This document shows, piece after piece, positions 1 through 8,628 of a DNA stretch of 64,000 bases (positions are counted from its first letter, which is position 1; the number at the start of each line of letters is the position of its first letter). Source of the stretch: Carpediemonas membranifera BICM (lineage: Eukaryota > Protista > Fornicata); NCBI GenBank assembly GCA_019828565.1, contig JAHDYR010000015.1:654886-718885 (forward strand), read 5' to 3'. The notes under the pieces were generated by a model. It was not told the origin of the DNA. It saw only the letters and a list, made by a program, of their open reading frames with translations, and did no database searches. The translations under genes and the position numbers were made by a program.

Positions 1-341
1 GTTGTGATGGGAATGCCGCTGTCCAGGGCCTTGTTGATGGCTGCGACGAGGCTCCAGTAGCCGCTCCAGACACGGCCGCGGTACTCCACGATGACGGGCG
101 TCCCGTCATCATACCAGAAGGAGAAGTTCAATATATCCACTACAAAGACCCAATCGGCCGTTGTTTCGTCCGGAGTGCTGGGGTTCAGCTCGTGGGATCC
201 CCAGACGGCCGTGTTGCAGAGCCCCTGCGATTTAGACGAAACTATCTCTGCTGCAAGACGCTTGACGGAATCTTTGTCGATTGAGACGTGTTTGCTGCGC
301 TCAGTAATCCAGTATGCGCTTTCAAGCACGGGGTTCTCCAT
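1..341 (-). CDS. QNG1: Queuosine salvage protein / queuosine 5'-phosphate N-glycosylase (DUF2419), 5' part; runs off the left edge
   Basis: Manual translation from ATG at 341: MENPVLESAYWITERSKHVSID...HELNP...WVFVVDILNFSFW...YRGRVWSGYWSLVAAINKALDSGIPIT, which matches the C9orf64/QNG1 N-terminal motifs. Not listed in the ORF track. Confidence 0.88.
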   Translation of the reverse strand, partial: MENPVLESAYWITERSKHVSIDKDSVKRLAAEIVSSKSQGLCNTAVWGSHELNPSTPDETTADWVFVVDILNFSFWYDDGTPVIVEYRGRVWSGYWSLVAAINKALDSGIPIT

Positions 342-472
342 CACTCAGCAGTTACCGAGTCGCCCCAGTCTACTGTCTGGATGGCCCAAGGGAGATAACG
401 CGGCACCGCCGCATCCCCCTAAAGTCAGTCAGCCTCAACCCGGCCCTGATTTAGAAACGTCAACCTCAGCCC

Positions 473-1597
473 TCATCCCTTGAGCCTCTGCTCGGCTCCA
501 GGGCAGACCGCCGCCATGGCCGCCGCGACCGCACTGACGCTACTTCCCCTGATACACACACGGGCCCGCTCCTCAGGCACCAGCACGCTCGTCCCGTCCG
601 GCCCCACGAACGGGCTCACCCTGACAGGGCCCACGGTCGCCGGGGCGGTCCGCTCGAACCCGGCCGCGGACAGTGTGGACTCGGTCGGGGCTTGGAACCC
701 GGTGTCCGACTGCACCTGCCTCGTCATGAACTCCCTCGAGTCCCGGGCCGAGTCGAGCACGGCGATGCCCGTCTCCTCGTACAGCACCGCCGTCGCCCGG
801 TCACTGTGGAGTGTGGCCGCCAGGTACTGGGCAGGCACCTCGGCCGGGTCGAGCTCTGGCACTGAAAGTCGGGGACCCACGACGCTTCCGTACTTTCCCG
901 CGGCATACTCTGTGGTGTGGATGCCGTCGGGCTTGGCGGCCAAGAAAAGCATTGGCATCTGTGTGAATGCCTGTATTCTCATGATGTTGGAAGTATTATC
1001 GCATACGAGCCCGACGTCCACCTGAGTGTCGAATATGGTGTCGACCAGGGCCAGCCGGGTGTACGCAGACATGTACATGCCGCCCTCGAGGGTGAACGAG
1101 GCAGGGTCGTTGTAGTATGCCACCGTGGGGATGCACGAGTGGTGGTGGCAGCCGTTGTGGACGTATATATGCCTCTTGTGTGCCACAGACAGCAACCAGC
1201 AGCAGCACATCCGGCAGGCAGAGTCCTTGACGGTCTCCAGCTCGGTCTCGAGGCTGGTAACGGTGAGTATCCCGAACAGCGTCACGTCCTCTCCGGGGTA
1301 GACGGACCGGAACACAGGATAGCAGGGGGGCGGCTCGTTGTGGGACACGAACGCGCTCAAAAGATCATATGGTATGTGCACGTGGCAATCCTCGAGCTCT
1401 GGGTGCTTGTCCATGAGTGATATGCACTGTATCAAGGCAACGCTGTTCGAAACGAGCACAGCATGGACCTTGGACGTGTCTAGGGCCGGCAGCATTGAAT
1501 CACAGACGCTATCAATGTGAAAAAGAACCCTAATTCCGCATATCTCTATGATAGATACCGTTAATCCGTCGATGAGGTATTTTTCAAAGCTCACCAT
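473..1597 (-). CDS. Divergent, shortened inactive metallo-beta-lactamase-fold protein, Integrator subunit 9-like
   Basis: DTSKVHAVLVSN resembles INTS9 DLSTVDVILISN; YPGEDVTLFGILTVTSL...CWLLSVAHKRHIYV resembles YSQKIELFGAVQVTPL...NWIIQSHYEKVSYV. No HxHxDH. First ATG at 1597. Confidence 0.55.
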   Translation of the reverse strand: MVSFEKYLIDGLTVSIIEICGIRVLFHIDSVCDSMLPALDTSKVHAVLVSNSVALIQCISLMDKHPELEDCHVHIPYDLLSAFVSHNEPPPCYPVFRSVYPGEDVTLFGILTVTSLETELETVKDSACRMCCCWLLSVAHKRHIYVHNGCHHHSCIPTVAYYNDPASFTLEGGMYMSAYTRLALVDTIFDTQVDVGLVCDNTSNIMRIQAFTQMPMLFLAAKPDGIHTTEYAAGKYGSVVGPRLSVPELDPAEVPAQYLAATLHSDRATAVLYEETGIAVLDSARDSREFMTRQVQSDTGFQAPTESTLSAAGFERTAPATVGPVRVSPFVGPDGTSVLVPEERARVCIRGSSVSAVAAAMAAVCPGAEQRLKG

Positions 1598-2475
1598 GCC
1601 CACTCGACCACGATGGGCTAACCTGCGGTGTCGGGGCCGGTGGAGCTGAGGTGTATGTGAGTGCGGTATGCCTTCACTGAGGGTCTATGGGCCTTGTGCG
1701 TTTGCCAGTCGTGCAAGAGAGTCGCCTCTAGCCAGGCCGTTGCTTGGTCTCTTATTCACAGTCACATCACAGTCCGCCATATTGCAGGAGATATCAACAC
1801 TTAGCATGTCTAGAGAGTCACAGTGTTGTATCGTCGATGTCTGGCTTGTAGCTTTCAGCATGGTGGAGTGACAGGTCGATCCGGCCATCAAACTTGTGAC
1901 GATGGGCTGGCTGACACAGGACGCCGACATGGAGACCGTCTGGCCGGGCTTTCAGTCCGTTAGCAGCTAGAGGTCGCCTGGTGGGCCGAATGCGTACAAT
2001 GTGCCGTGTTGTTGTGAAGCAACACTTCATGTCACCCGGAGGAAGGACGTCGCGATGGCAAAACATATAGCCATTCTTGGATGAGTCGTAACAGGCAGCG
2101 TTCGTCGGTGTCTGTTTCCCACCAGCGGGGCGGGTCCCATCCTCCCGGGCGATCGACTCCACCCTTTGCTGCAATGATTTATGATGCATTCTGTTGAACT
2201 CACTTGTCGTCCTTGCCGATCACGAGTTAAACATCTACATCCATTCGATTCAAATCTCCGCCAACTGGGTTGACTCAGCACGACAGGGTCATGCTGCCAA
2301 GATGACATGGCAGCCCACATCAGAAGCGTGTGGGTCAACCGCGCGGTCTTTCGTCAGGGTTACCGTGGACAGGCAGGCCATTCGACAAGTCATCCCGAAG
2401 CACCAACCTATTACACCATATCAAACTGGTTTTACAAAAGCTATGATCAAGAGATATGATCAAGGAGATCCGAGT

Positions 2476-3105
2476 CTAATTCGAAACTCCAAGCGCGTCT
2501 AAGTTCCGTATCACGTGTGCACGGGCGGTCACAGTCGCTGGGCTGAGGTCGCTAAACAGCACCGGGCCGGACTCCCGGTGACGATGCCCGCGCACCTGTG
2601 CCATGTGCAGAGGACTCGTGCGGTCCGCGCTAAAGGAGGCGGGACTGGAGCTGAGGCTGCGGGCCAGTGTCTGGGGGATCGGCTGGTCCGGCTGGTCGAT
2701 GCAGGCCCGGGCGGTGTCATTGAAGGCCTCAGCGTCCCCGAGAAGGGTGGCGAACATGATTGGGTCATCGTGTTTGAGGCCGTCTATGTGCCGCCTGAAC
2801 TTGTCGAGAGGGCTGACAGGCGTCGACAGGGCGAGACGGGGCGGGGTGGAAGGGGTGGAACGGCGGGCCTCGGCGACCGGCGTGGTGGGCTGGGAGCGGT
2901 AGTGGAGGAAGGTCTGGACATTGACAGGGACCATGGCGCCGCTGCTGGACTTCACGTAGACCATCTGCGCCGCCTGGATTTGCTGGACCGTAATACCCGC
3001 AGGAAGAGCTGAATCCTCACGGATAGCGGCGGTATGGGATAATCTATTGGTGTGGCATGTAAGGGGCAGCATACTTTCGCTAGACGCATGTTGGCGAACA
3101 TGCAT
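2476..3105 (-). CDS. Hypothetical Ser/Pro/Thr-rich protein (209 aa)
   Basis: ATG-initiated ORF with gene-like GC3 bias; no recognisable domain. Confidence 0.55.
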   Translation of the reverse strand: MHVRQHASSESMLPLTCHTNRLSHTAAIREDSALPAGITVQQIQAAQMVYVKSSSGAMVPVNVQTFLHYRSQPTTPVAEARRSTPSTPPRLALSTPVSPLDKFRRHIDGLKHDDPIMFATLLGDAEAFNDTARACIDQPDQPIPQTLARSLSSSPASFSADRTSPLHMAQVRGHRHRESGPVLFSDLSPATVTARAHVIRNLDALGVSN

Positions 3106-3467
3106 TGTCCTGTTTACGACGCTAGAAGAGTCAATGTAAGATTTGTTTGTTGTGATGCATACTTTCGTTTGTTATTGAGAAGCTACTCGCCAGTGAGCTC
3201 TTTTGACAGACCATTTTCACTGACAGAAGACCAGTGATCTCATTGCAGCCACGCTCTGATTAGGTCATTTGAAATGAGATCCTTCGAGATTCAGCTGAAT
3301 TCCGTGATTCTAGTTGCAGATTCACATGTGATATGGTTTGACAGAACGAGAAATGCACTTCTGGCCCCACTCTTTCGACTTGCAGACGACCACCGACCGC
3401 ACCTCCCAGGCTAAACCACGGCGGTTTATCTCGGAATCTCTAGAAAATGAAAGCGTCAATGAAAGGG

Positions 3468-4730
3468 CTAGACAATGAAGGGCACCATCGACGTCCGGGC
3501 CCGTTGGAACGGCTCGAGGCTTCGGTTCATGGCCGTGCGGCGGCGACACAGAGGGCACGTCACCACACGGCGGTGTTTGCTCTGCTTGGCCTTAGGCGTG
3601 TCCTCGATGTCCGCGTGCGAGTGGAACTCCCACTGTGCCACGCAGTTCTCACAGAACGTGTGTCCGCACTCCATCTGGATGGCCTCGCCCATGTCAGTGC
3701 GGCACACGGGGCACTCGTTCATCACCCCGGGCTCAGCGGCACCCCCCAGGTCAAACCGGGTCTTGTTGTGGACGAGGATGCCGACCGACGGCTGCGGGTT
3801 CAGCAGGAAGCGGGAGACACTGCCCAAACGGTAGAGGTGGGGGTACAGCGACACGGCCTTCGTCCCACCGTACACTGCGACGAGCAGGGCGGCCCTCCAC
3901 CCGCTGGCCCCCGACACGAGCGTCCTGATGACCACAGGAGTGGGGAGCACCGCGCGCCACAGGACGGCGGCCCAGTCGATGGGGGCGGCCATGCCGTACG
4001 CCTTGCGCTGGGGGAGGCCGAGGGAGCACGTGGCGACGAGGGCGACGGACTTCAGGGCCAGGGCGACGGACATCACGAGCATGTTGGCGATGTAGATGGC
4101 GCCCACTGCTGTAAAGACGTCGCTCATGCGGGGCGGCAGGAGTATGGCGGTGGAAAGGCCCTCGCTGTGCCCGACGAAGAGGACGAGCGCCATGCCAGCA
4201 GTGATGGGGGCAACGCACGCGGCCATGAAGATTGGTGCAGCAGCCCGTGCTCTGTGCAGCAGGATGGCTCTGTTGAAGATGTGGTTCTGCGACAGGGCGC
4301 ACATGGAGCAGAAGAGGGCCATGAGAGTGACCGAGGGCTGGAACATGTACACTACCGCCACGGACACAACGAGGATCACCACAACCTGCGACAGCCCGAG
4401 CTCTACGTTCACTAGGGAGTCCGGGGTGAGGCGGATGCGGCGTCGGGCGATGCTCGAGACGAGGTTGGTGATGGCGTTGTTGGACGAGACGGCCGCGGAG
4501 ACGTTGAAAGTACTAGCTAGCTTGTTGACTGCATCTTGCATTACTGGATCATCTACGCGTGGAATAATGGAGTAGCGGTGCAGTTCGGGCGTGTTCGCCT
4601 CGGAATTGAAGCGTTCGGCGTTCCTGCGGCTCCTTGTGACGTCAAGGCTGTATAGTGATGATGCAGAGTCTGAATGCTCGGCGTCTGAATGTAAGTCGCG
4701 GACGCTGCTCGTCTGTTTTAAGTCCCTCAT
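3468..4730 (-). CDS. Multi-pass membrane RING-HC E3 ubiquitin ligase (RNFT1/2-like)
   Basis: Several hydrophobic helices followed by a C-terminal C3HC4 RING: CPVC...CGHTFCENC...CPLC. Confidence 0.8.
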   Translation of the reverse strand: MRDLKQTSSVRDLHSDAEHSDSASSLYSLDVTRSRRNAERFNSEANTPELHRYSIIPRVDDPVMQDAVNKLASTFNVSAAVSSNNAITNLVSSIARRRIRLTPDSLVNVELGLSQVVVILVVSVAVVYMFQPSVTLMALFCSMCALSQNHIFNRAILLHRARAAAPIFMAACVAPITAGMALVLFVGHSEGLSTAILLPPRMSDVFTAVGAIYIANMLVMSVALALKSVALVATCSLGLPQRKAYGMAAPIDWAAVLWRAVLPTPVVIRTLVSGASGWRAALLVAVYGGTKAVSLYPHLYRLGSVSRFLLNPQPSVGILVHNKTRFDLGGAAEPGVMNECPVCRTDMGEAIQMECGHTFCENCVAQWEFHSHADIEDTPKAKQSKHRRVVTCPLCRRRTAMNRSLEPFQRARTSMVPFIV

Positions 4731-4876
4731 CGTGGGATTGTTGTGAAGCCGACAGTCGCCGAGTCAACAACGACAGGACCCTTAGTTCAACATGCCATAG
4801 GGGGGATACACCACGGACGGACATCTCTCACAGCCCCTCTCACCCGAGCGAGCAGTTTACGCCTCACAATTTGCAA

Positions 4877-5212
4877 ATGCGTCTTTCACTGAAGCTGAAG
4901 CTTCTAATCCTCACAAACTGCGCCAGTACACTTTTAATCCTCGATCTGCTTTCCATGACGCTCTTCTTCAACCCTGAGCTGCCCTTCATGCGGTCAATTT
5001 GGGGGCCACCATCCTCGTCCGTCCTGGCCTTCATCCGCCACGTTCTGTGCAACTACACTTCCATTTGCTGCGTAGGAATGGGGGCGTATGCCAGTGTTTC
5101 CGTCGGTTGGAAGCTCTTCACCTTTGTCGACACGCCGACGGCTGCCAAGGAGCTCTCAGAGGAGATCAAGGAGGCCAAGGCGTACCTGGCGGACCACGGG
5201 TTCAAGAAGTGA
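4877..5212 (+). CDS. DPM3: Dolichol-phosphate mannosyltransferase subunit 3
   Basis: Two TM segments, then YASVSVGWKLFTFVDTPTAAKELSEEIKEAKAYLADHGF, the DPM3 C-terminal signature. ATG at 4877 is the likely start. Confidence 0.85.
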   Translation: MRLSLKLKLLILTNCASTLLILDLLSMTLFFNPELPFMRSIWGPPSSSVLAFIRHVLCNYTSICCVGMGAYASVSVGWKLFTFVDTPTAAKELSEEIKEAKAYLADHGFKK

Positions 5213-5249
5213 GCAGCGTGCCCTGTATATTTAAACCAGCCCCGCCCAT

Positions 5250-5900
5250 TCACTCTGTGTTCGACAGGTAGAGGACGGCCAGCCCTATCGCCATCGCACC
5301 AAGGAAGAACACCATCGAGATGCACACCCCGCTCATCTTGCTCTTGTTCTCCCGCTTGGCCAGGATGTACTCCATCAGCGCCGTTCCGGACCGCCGGAAC
5401 ATGTCATCCAGGTCAGCGAGGGCCCCGACGGCATCCCGACACTGTCCAAACCACGTGTCATGCTCAGCCAGCAGGGCGGCCTTGGTCGTGTCGGCCTCGA
5501 GCTCCTCCCTGCGGGTGTCGAGGAATGTCAGGTGGTCCTCGATGGAGTGCAGCACAGGACGCAGCTCGCCCGTCAAGAGCTCGGCAGAGGATGCCCCGAA
5601 GTATAGCTGCGTGTTGCTGCGGAAGAACTGGCGGTATCCGGCGAAGTGGGCGGCGACGCGGTCCATCAGGTCTGTCTGCAGCATGTTGGCGAGCTCAGCG
5701 TAGATGGGGGCGTGAATGATGTTTTCTTGGAGGTTGTTATCCTCAACAAAGCGGATGTAATCAGCTAGAACGCCCTGGATCTCCTCTAAATGGGATGAGT
5801 ATGTGCGTTGGCGCGTCTCTGCGTCTTCCAGAAGCTCATCCGGCTTCTTGTGCACTTCTTTCCACTTTGGCTGCCCTGTTCTCTCTGCTGGCTTTTCCAT
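5250..5900 (-). CDS. Tail-anchored Qb-SNARE, Gos1/GS28-like
   Basis: N-terminal WKEVHKKPDELLEDAETRQRTYS resembles GS28 WEDLRKQARQLENELDLKLVSFS; heptad region, basic juxtamembrane KRENK and C-terminal TM; 216 aa. Confidence 0.6.
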   Translation of the reverse strand: MEKPAERTGQPKWKEVHKKPDELLEDAETRQRTYSSHLEEIQGVLADYIRFVEDNNLQENIIHAPIYAELANMLQTDLMDRVAAHFAGYRQFFRSNTQLYFGASSAELLTGELRPVLHSIEDHLTFLDTRREELEADTTKAALLAEHDTWFGQCRDAVGALADLDDMFRRSGTALMEYILAKRENKSKMSGVCISMVFFLGAMAIGLAVLYLSNTE

Positions 5901-6066
5901 GTTCCTGTTTGGACTTGATATTGTTGATGTGCTCGTGATGGCCGTTTTTAGCCAGCTCTAGGTCAAACTAGCTCACTACACGACTCATACACCCGCGCCT
6001 CTCTCTCATAAAGTGGTAGCTGGGCCCATTCTTCTGGCCGCATTTTAAGGATCAAAAGACGAAGCG

Positions 6067-8505
6067 ATGATCATCCATCGGCTGAAGACGGAACTCTCGG
6101 ATGGTTATCTCCTGTCATTTGGCGATGATACTGCGAGATTGAACATATTGCTTGGTTTTTCGGTTCCGCTGAAGATTCTCCACCCAGAAAATGACCGCCA
6201 AGCCACACTGCAGTTCCTGTCGGGTGTATTCCCCCGTGAGGTGCTTCTGAATTCACCAAATGGCCCTGAGATGGACATCCACCTGATTATTCTGCCCCAA
6301 TCGACGCGAGAGTTTGTATCCGGGCTGCCCGTGCTCTTCCCCTTCCTCCACCGCCGCTTCACCACCGGTCTCACCCGCATAGTTGCTACACAAGGCACTA
6401 GCAAGCTGATGAGCATGACCCTTTACGACATCTATGCGTCCTACCTGCATACGTTCTGTCAGTACCCCTCGACGGACAGGACGATGGCGCAGGCCACGAC
6501 ACTCGACATCGTGGACGCCCTGGCATCACACACTATCGCCACGTCATTCAATGAGCAGACCACCCTTGAGTTTGGCCCGATGACAGTGACGCTCGAGCCC
6601 GTGTGCGCCGGCGGGGAGATCGGCAGGGCCGTGTGGGTCATCGCCCTGCCCAGCAGAGAGCGCTTCGTGTACATGACCGGCGTAGCCATGGCGTCAGACG
6701 GCCTCACCCCCGTATGCAACGCGACTGACCCGGCCATCCACGGCGCCGCGTACGTTTTCATCGACCCCAGGGTCACCGGGCTCGACCCCGCCATCCCGGA
6801 CGCCCCCAACTATCCACTCGGGCCCGGCTTCACCGACCGCGGCCGGCTGGACTACTCCGTCGCCCAGCTGTGCGACTTGGCCGCCACAACCCTGGCCGCG
6901 GGCAACGACGTCCTCGTCCCCACCCACGCCCCCACCGCCATGGTCGACCTGCTCAGACGGCTGGACGCGGCGTGGGGTGATGTCCAGTCCCTCGCGTCGC
7001 CGCAGGCCCCCTCGCTTGTCTTCCTGTCGCCCGTCGCCCACTCGATCCTCAGTGTCGCCCGGGCGTCCATGGGGTTCATGGCGTCGGAGGCCCTGGCGAC
7101 GTTCCACAACGGATGGACACCACCGCTGCCCCTGCCCAACATCCGCGTAGCCCACGACATGGCCGAGCTGCGGGCAATCGCGGCCCCCCGACTCGTGGTC
7201 GGGTCGATGACCGCAGACCTGCACGCGGGACTGGCCCACAGCTTCTTCCTCTCCATGGCGGACAAGGCGGGCAACCTGGTCGTCCTGCCCCACGCCCCAG
7301 ATCACGCCGGGTCCGTCCTGGGCACGCTGCACGCCCTGAGGACCGCCCCCCGCCAGAACTCCGCGCTCCGGGTGAACGTATGCAGCCTCGTCCCGTCTGA
7401 GGGCAAGGCGAGCACCGTCCGCATTGTCGACACCGTCGAGCAGACCACGGGCCCCGCCGATGCCCCCAGGACTAGGGCCATCGAGCCCACCCTGACGGCC
7501 GATGGGGAGTACGTCCCCTTCCTCGTGCCCAAGGACCTCAAGGAACGGTGCGAGGCATTCGTCCCGCCCATTGCCCGGCCCATGGACGTGCGGAGGCCGG
7601 ACAACCGCCCCGCCGCAGCACACCCCTCGGCCGCGGTGGCCCTGGAGCTGCCCGACCCGGACATCGTTATGGATCTCCTTAGGGACAGCCAGGTCGGGCT
7701 GACACCCGCGTCGGTGGAGCTAGAGCCCCGGTTCACCAACCTCGGGCATATCAGCAGACTCAAGCACGACGGATTCGGGGCCCTCCTCGAGCTGCAGACC
7801 GCCCCCGCCCCTGCCGCGGCCAAGACCGTTCGGGCAGACAGCTTCGTGGCGGCCCAGGAGGAGCGGGACCTTGAATCTGGCGTCCAGCTCGTCCAGAAGA
7901 CGATCGACGTGGCCGTGCGGTGCCAGCTCGCGGCACTGCCCCTCCGGATCCACGCGACGCTCCCCAACCTCGCCAGGGCGCTCAAGGCCATCGCGGGGCC
8001 GGGCACTCGGCTGATTGTAGACGGGCCGGGCCTGACTGACGTCGGCAGGGCCACCGGCTGCGAGGTGCTGGCCATCCCTGACTCCGCCCGACTCGACGTG
8101 GCGACCGGGCCCGTGTCCAAGCCCGTCAGCATCGGCAGGGCCCTGCTGGCGTCGACCACGATGCAGTCTGTTGGGGGAACCTCGGTGGGGCGGCTGAAGA
8201 CGATGATCACACCCGAGCAGACCGACACCGGCTACAAGTACGTCGCGACTGAGCCTCTCCCGCTCGGACTGGGCGGTGTCAAGCTGTCACAGTACTCCTT
8301 TGGCCGGCTTGCTGAGGCCCTTACGACGGCACTGGCCGGGTCAACTGTAGTCCGGGAGACCGACGACGTCCGTGTGAAGCGGGATGGGGAAGAGGTTGTG
8401 GTGAGGTACCAGCACCAGACGTCGACGTTCATCGTCGATGGGCCGCTATGCGCGCTGCAGTTCGACGTGCAGAACGCCATTGACGGTCTCATGGTGACGC
8501 TTTGA
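6067..8505 (+). CDS. CPSF2: Cleavage and polyadenylation specificity factor 100 kDa subunit (inactive MBL/beta-CASP)
   Basis: GNDVLVP..A...VDLLRRLDAAW; PRLVVGS.ADLHAGLAHSFFLSMA..AGNLVVL; C-terminal IVDGPLC...DVQNAI are CPSF100 motifs; 812 aa. Confidence 0.8.
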   Translation: MIIHRLKTELSDGYLLSFGDDTARLNILLGFSVPLKILHPENDRQATLQFLSGVFPREVLLNSPNGPEMDIHLIILPQSTREFVSGLPVLFPFLHRRFTTGLTRIVATQGTSKLMSMTLYDIYASYLHTFCQYPSTDRTMAQATTLDIVDALASHTIATSFNEQTTLEFGPMTVTLEPVCAGGEIGRAVWVIALPSRERFVYMTGVAMASDGLTPVCNATDPAIHGAAYVFIDPRVTGLDPAIPDAPNYPLGPGFTDRGRLDYSVAQLCDLAATTLAAGNDVLVPTHAPTAMVDLLRRLDAAWGDVQSLASPQAPSLVFLSPVAHSILSVARASMGFMASEALATFHNGWTPPLPLPNIRVAHDMAELRAIAAPRLVVGSMTADLHAGLAHSFFLSMADKAGNLVVLPHAPDHAGSVLGTLHALRTAPRQNSALRVNVCSLVPSEGKASTVRIVDTVEQTTGPADAPRTRAIEPTLTADGEYVPFLVPKDLKERCEAFVPPIARPMDVRRPDNRPAAAHPSAAVALELPDPDIVMDLLRDSQVGLTPASVELEPRFTNLGHISRLKHDGFGALLELQTAPAPAAAKTVRADSFVAAQEERDLESGVQLVQKTIDVAVRCQLAALPLRIHATLPNLARALKAIAGPGTRLIVDGPGLTDVGRATGCEVLAIPDSARLDVATGPVSKPVSIGRALLASTTMQSVGGTSVGRLKTMITPEQTDTGYKYVATEPLPLGLGGVKLSQYSFGRLAEALTTALAGSTVVRETDDVRVKRDGEEVVVRYQHQTSTFIVDGPLCALQFDVQNAIDGLMVTL

Positions 8506-8628
8506 GGGGCGGGTTTGTTTATCATAAAGCATAGCTGGTGGTGCCGAGTCACGGGAGTCCTGGTCTGGAGTTGCTCGTGTGCATGTCATGGACGGGATAT
8601 CAAAGAGGACTGCGGGGGTGCGCGATCA

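Noticed and set aside
1604-2475. Short ORFs between the INTS9-like gene and the 2476 gene
   Set aside because: No codon bias or recognisable motifs; no tRNA or snoRNA boxes found by eye.
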